64,000 nucleotides of DNA from an uncultured Pseudomonadota bacterium. GTDB lineage: Bacteria > Oederibacteriota > Muellerivitia > Muellerivitales > Muellerivitaceae. Below the pieces are notes generated by a model. The model saw only the letters and a program-made list of their open reading frames with translations, was not told the origin of the DNA and did not search any database. Location of the stretch: assembly GCA_963770835.1 (NCBI GenBank), contig CAVYRH010000002.1, positions 96,001 to 160,000 of the forward strand, written 5' to 3'. A program made the position numbers and the translations under genes. Shown one piece after another: positions 60,661 to 64,000 of this stretch; the stretch's first letter is position 1, and every line of letters begins with the position of its first letter.

Positions 60661-62705
60661 ACAACGGGGGCCAATTAACTTCCTTTTTGGGGGTCAAGGG
60701 TGGTGTAGGTTGTTCCATCCTTTCCTCACTTCTGGCCCGCGCCTGGGCTAAAAAAAGCCAAAAGAAGATCGCCCTCGTTGATGCTATTCCTTCCGCTTAT
60801 TCCCTGCTTCCCTCTTACTTAAGCATTTCCTCCGTTACCCGCCAGCTAGGGCAGTTGCGGCCTTACCAAGACCGGTTGACGCCGAAGATGGTGGAAACTT
60901 TTTTTTCCTTGTCGCCGGAAGGAGTCGCTTTCGTGCCGGTCAGGGCCAACGATGAAACACCTGCCTCGTTCCCGGAAATCTTTCCCCTGCTCCAAAAATT
61001 GGGGCAATGGTTCGACGATACGTTTATCGACCTTTCGGGTTTTCCCAACAACGATTATTTTTCATTCCTTGAACGAAGTCATCGGGTTTTCTTCATCTCC
61101 TCCACCGATCCAACTTCCCTGGCCGCCCTCAAACAGTGGGAAAAACGACTTTTGCCCTTTCACTTCCAGCTTCAAAATTTTGGGATTATTTTCAATCAGG
61201 AAGATCCATCCCAGTCCCTTCCCAGGGACATTTCCGCTTGGGTGAAACACTTTCAACACACAGGAAACATCCCCTTTTTAGGAGAAAGCCTCTCCATCGA
61301 CCTGTTGGAAAACCGTTCCGTTATGCCCTCACTGGAAAAATTCCTGATACCTGTCTTGGCGAAACTCTCGTCAAGCGATGGGATTCTCCCGTCTAGCAAT
61401 TCTCCAAATTCGCTATCCTCCGTTTCGGAAAATGTCCAAACAGCTCCAATTCCAATCTCCTTAGAGCAGATTCACCAACTTCACCAGAAATTATTGGAAC
61501 AGCTGAGAAAAACCGGGGCTCTCAAGGACCAAAAAAACACCGAGATGCTGCAACGGCAGGCATTGGAACCCAATGCCCGGGAGATATTGGAGCAACTCAT
61601 CCAAGGAATGGAAATTCAAAGCCGGGAAATGCGTCAACAATTGGTGAACGAAACCTTAAATCTTGCTTTCGGCTTGGGCCCCTTGGAGCCCCTTCTGCAA
61701 AACGCGGACATCACCGAAATTATGGTGAACGGCCCCGGCCGGATTTACGTGGAAAAACGGGGGCGATTGGAAAAAACCGACGTCCGGTTCCTCAATGACC
61801 TTCAATTGCGCACCGTCATCGAGAGAATATTGGCGCCCATTGGCCGCCGCATCGATGAAAGCCAGCCATATGTGGATGGGCGGCTCTTGGACGGGTCCCG
61901 CGTAAACGCCGTCATTCCCCCGTTGAGCCTGAATGGACCGATTTTGACAATCCGCAAGTTTTCGAAGCGGAAACTGGGGGTTGACGACCTTGTCCAATTC
62001 GGATCCTTGACTCGGGAGGCGGCCGATTTCTTGGGTGCTTGCGTGCGAGCCAAGAAAAACATTGTTGTTTCAGGGGGCACCGGGTCCGGGAAAACCACCC
62101 TCCTGAATATTCTCTCGAACTTTATTCCATCCCATGAACGAATCGTCACCATTGAGGATTCGGCTGAATTACAGTTGTCCCAAGACCATGTCGTCCGCCT
62201 GGAAAGCCGTCCAGCCAACCTCGAAGGCAAAGGGCAGGTCGCCATCCGCGATTTGGTTATCAACGCCCTTCGGATGCGTCCCGACCGCATCGTGGTGGGA
62301 GAATGCCGTGGAGGAGAAGCGCTCGATATGCTGCAAGCCATGAACACGGGCCATGACGGTTCCCTCACGACCGCCCATGCCAATTCGCCACGAGACGTGC
62401 TTTCCAGGCTGGAAACCATGTGCCTATTCACGGGTTTGGACCTTCCCCTAAAGGCGATTCGGGAACAGATTGCGAGGGCCGTGCACCTGGTCGTCCAGCA
62501 AAGCCGCCTTCCCGACGGGAAGCGGTCCGTGACTCAGGTATCTGAAATCCAGGGTATGGAAGGGGACGTCATCATCACTCAGGATATTTTCACTTATGAG
62601 GAAGGAAAGGGGCTGGGGCGCCGCCCCTTCGCGCCTTCCTTTATTGCGGACTTAAACGCGGTGGGTTATCAGTGGCCGGGATATTCGGAGAAAGTAAAGG
62701 CCTGA
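60630..62705 (+). CDS. cpaF: Fused CpaE/TadZ (MinD-like) and CpaF/TadA pilus ATPase
   Basis: N-terminal GVKGGVGCS deviant Walker A. C-terminal GLGPLEPLL, RRIDESQP, GGTGSGKTT, TIEDSAEL, LRMRPDRIVVGECRG and AMNTGHDG. The likely start is GTG at ~60645. Confidence 0.9.
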   Translation: MGGVGVGPTIDNGGQLTSFLGVKGGVGCSILSSLLARAWAKKSQKKIALVDAIPSAYSLLPSYLSISSVTRQLGQLRPYQDRLTPKMVETFFSLSPEGVAFVPVRANDETPASFPEIFPLLQKLGQWFDDTFIDLSGFPNNDYFSFLERSHRVFFISSTDPTSLAALKQWEKRLLPFHFQLQNFGIIFNQEDPSQSLPRDISAWVKHFQHTGNIPFLGESLSIDLLENRSVMPSLEKFLIPVLAKLSSSDGILPSSNSPNSLSSVSENVQTAPIPISLEQIHQLHQKLLEQLRKTGALKDQKNTEMLQRQALEPNAREILEQLIQGMEIQSREMRQQLVNETLNLAFGLGPLEPLLQNADITEIMVNGPGRIYVEKRGRLEKTDVRFLNDLQLRTVIERILAPIGRRIDESQPYVDGRLLDGSRVNAVIPPLSLNGPILTIRKFSKRKLGVDDLVQFGSLTREAADFLGACVRAKKNIVVSGGTGSGKTTLLNILSNFIPSHERIVTIEDSAELQLSQDHVVRLESRPANLEGKGQVAIRDLVINALRMRPDRIVVGECRGGEALDMLQAMNTGHDGSLTTAHANSPRDVLSRLETMCLFTGLDLPLKAIREQIARAVHLVVQQSRLPDGKRSVTQVSEIQGMEGDVIITQDIFTYEEGKGLGRRPFAPSFIADLNAVGYQWPGYSEKVKA

Positions 62706-62706
62706 C

Positions 62707-63165
62707 TTACTTTTTACTCTTTTTCAACATTCCTTGTTCGGTGGCCGTCAAGGGGGCCGGCTGGTAGGTGGTATCTCCGACCGGGGTGATCTGGGCAACC
62801 TCGGCCTGGTATTTCCCGTATTCCGCCGCGCGGGTCTGTCGCACGTCCGCGTCCAAGGGACCTTCAGGCGGGACCCAATCGCCTAGATAGGCCCGGCAGA
62901 TGAATTCCTTTTCCGCGGCCAAATTCACCCAGTGGGTATGGGGCGGAGTATAAAACTCCTGGACCTCCTGGTAATCCCACATTGCTTCCTTATATTTCTT
63001 ATCCTGGAAATGGGCCTCTCCCCGTTCGTAGGCGTTATAGGCCCTTCGGATGACCTCCAGGTAGGCCATTCCAATAGCGATGGCAAAAGTCGCCACAATG
63101 AGCATGGCGGTTCTGAACCCTTTCTTCTGGAAAAAGGATGGTTGTTCATCGTTGATAACGGCCAC
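62707..63165 (-). CDS. Membrane-anchored protein with one TPR-like repeat
   Basis: TM helix then AYERGEAHF..KKYKEA..DY; directly downstream of pheS. Confidence 0.65.
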   Translation of the reverse strand: MAVINDEQPSFFQKKGFRTAMLIVATFAIAIGMAYLEVIRRAYNAYERGEAHFQDKKYKEAMWDYQEVQEFYTPPHTHWVNLAAEKEFICRAYLGDWVPPEGPLDADVRQTRAAEYGKYQAEVAQITPVGDTTYQPAPLTATEQGMLKKSKK

Positions 63166-63177
63166 GCGGAACCTCCG

Positions 63178-64000
63178 TTAAAATTGCCTTAAAAACCTCA
63201 AATCATTCTGGTAAAACAGGCGAATATCGTCGATATCATACTTGAACATGGCCACCCGTTCCACGCCCATGCCGAAGGCGAACCCGGACCACTTTTCGGG
63301 GTCTACCTTACAGTTCTCCAAAACTGCGGGGTGGATCATCCCACAGCCCATGATTTCCACCCAGCCCGATTGCTTGCAGATCCGGCAGCCCTTACCTTGG
63401 CAAAAGACACAGGAAATATCCACTTCGGCGCTGGGTTCGGTGAAGGGGAAGAAACTGGGCCTAAACCGTGTCTCTACCTTGGAGCCGAAGAACTTCTTGA
63501 CCCAATTGTCCAGGATCCCCTTCAAATGCCCGAAATGGACCCCTTCCGCCACTAAAAAACCGTCGACTTGGTGGAAAATGTGGTGGTGGGTGGCGTCCAC
63601 GGCCTCATTGCGGTAGACCTTTCCGGGCGCCACGATCTTTAAGGGTGGGGGGTGATTCTCCATCACATGAACTTGGAGGGTGGTGGTATGGGTTCTCAAC
63701 AGAAGCTCATCCGACAGGTAAAAAGTGTCATGGGCGTCCCGGGCAGGGTGGTCCAAGGGGAAATTGAGCCCCCGGAAATTGTAATAGTCCGTTTCAACGT
63801 CCGGGCCTTCCACCTGGTCAAACCCGAAACTCTTGAAGATGTCGCAAATTTCATGCTGGACCCGGGTGAGGGGATGCATTTTCCCCATGGGGGTTTGCCG
63901 TCCCGGCAGGGTGGGGTCCCATCCCTGGGGTAGTTCGGACCCGCCCTTACTTTCAAACTCCTCTTTTTTGTTCTCAAGAAGTTCGGCGATGCGGTTTTTA
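63178..64000 (-). CDS. pheS: Phenylalanine--tRNA ligase alpha subunit (5' end off the window)
   Basis: The frame is open to the window edge. DPTLPG, HPARDAHDTFY, LLRTHT, FHQVDG, RFRPSFFPFTEPS and GFAFGMGVER. Confidence 0.97.
   Translation of the reverse strand, partial: KNRIAELLENKKEEFESKGGSELPQGWDPTLPGRQTPMGKMHPLTRVQHEICDIFKSFGFDQVEGPDVETDYYNFRGLNFPLDHPARDAHDTFYLSDELLLRTHTTTLQVHVMENHPPPLKIVAPGKVYRNEAVDATHHHIFHQVDGFLVAEGVHFGHLKGILDNWVKKFFGSKVETRFRPSFFPFTEPSAEVDISCVFCQGKGCRICKQSGWVEIMGCGMIHPAVLENCKVDPEKWSGFAFGMGVERVAMFKYDIDDIRLFYQNDLRFLRQF

Noticed and set aside
63696..63977. Suspected pheS frameshift or separate 93-aa ORF
   Set aside because: Manual translation shows pheS open in one frame to the window edge.
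1..64000. Taxonomic assignment
   Set aside because: Gene content indicates a diderm bacterium, but no marker can be placed without a database search.

Overview
Bacterial chromosomal window, moderately GC-rich, with no tRNA, rRNA, CRISPR array or transposase that I can support. Single-base indels are frequent in 10-16, 27-28 and 32-39 kb. They are almost certainly consensus errors, so several real genes appear split or falsely fused in the ORF track. Left to right: (1) a GT-C-like membrane protein, glgB and a GH57/DUF3536 gene. (2) A minus-strand sulfate uptake/activation operon (1-Cys peroxiredoxin, porin, sbp, HPr-like, cysT, cysW, cysA, cysD, cysN) preceded by three copies of a SAM-II-fold RNA with long insertions; two are in tandem, each with its own terminator. 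(3) Accessory genes, including a RelE-like pair, MoeB, MiaE, DsbA and an XRE gene boxed by a perfect 23-bp inverted repeat. (4) A scattered sulfur-carrier module: SAM-I riboswitch, ThrC paralog, MoaD/CysO-like carrier, NIL protein, degenerate ThiF and cysK. (5) greA, fur, tlpA, murI, cimA, lysC, thrC, hom, two aminotransferases and pfkB. (6) mreBCD-mrdA-rodA. (7) A Tad/Flp pilus locus with two pilins missing from the ORF track and a CpaE-CpaF fusion. (8) The 3' part of pheS. The best candidates for new biology are the triple SAM-II-like riboswitch cascade and a complementary ThiF/MoeB pair that looks like a split, heterodimeric E1 enzyme (Aos1/Uba2-like division of labour) serving a bacterial sulfur carrier.
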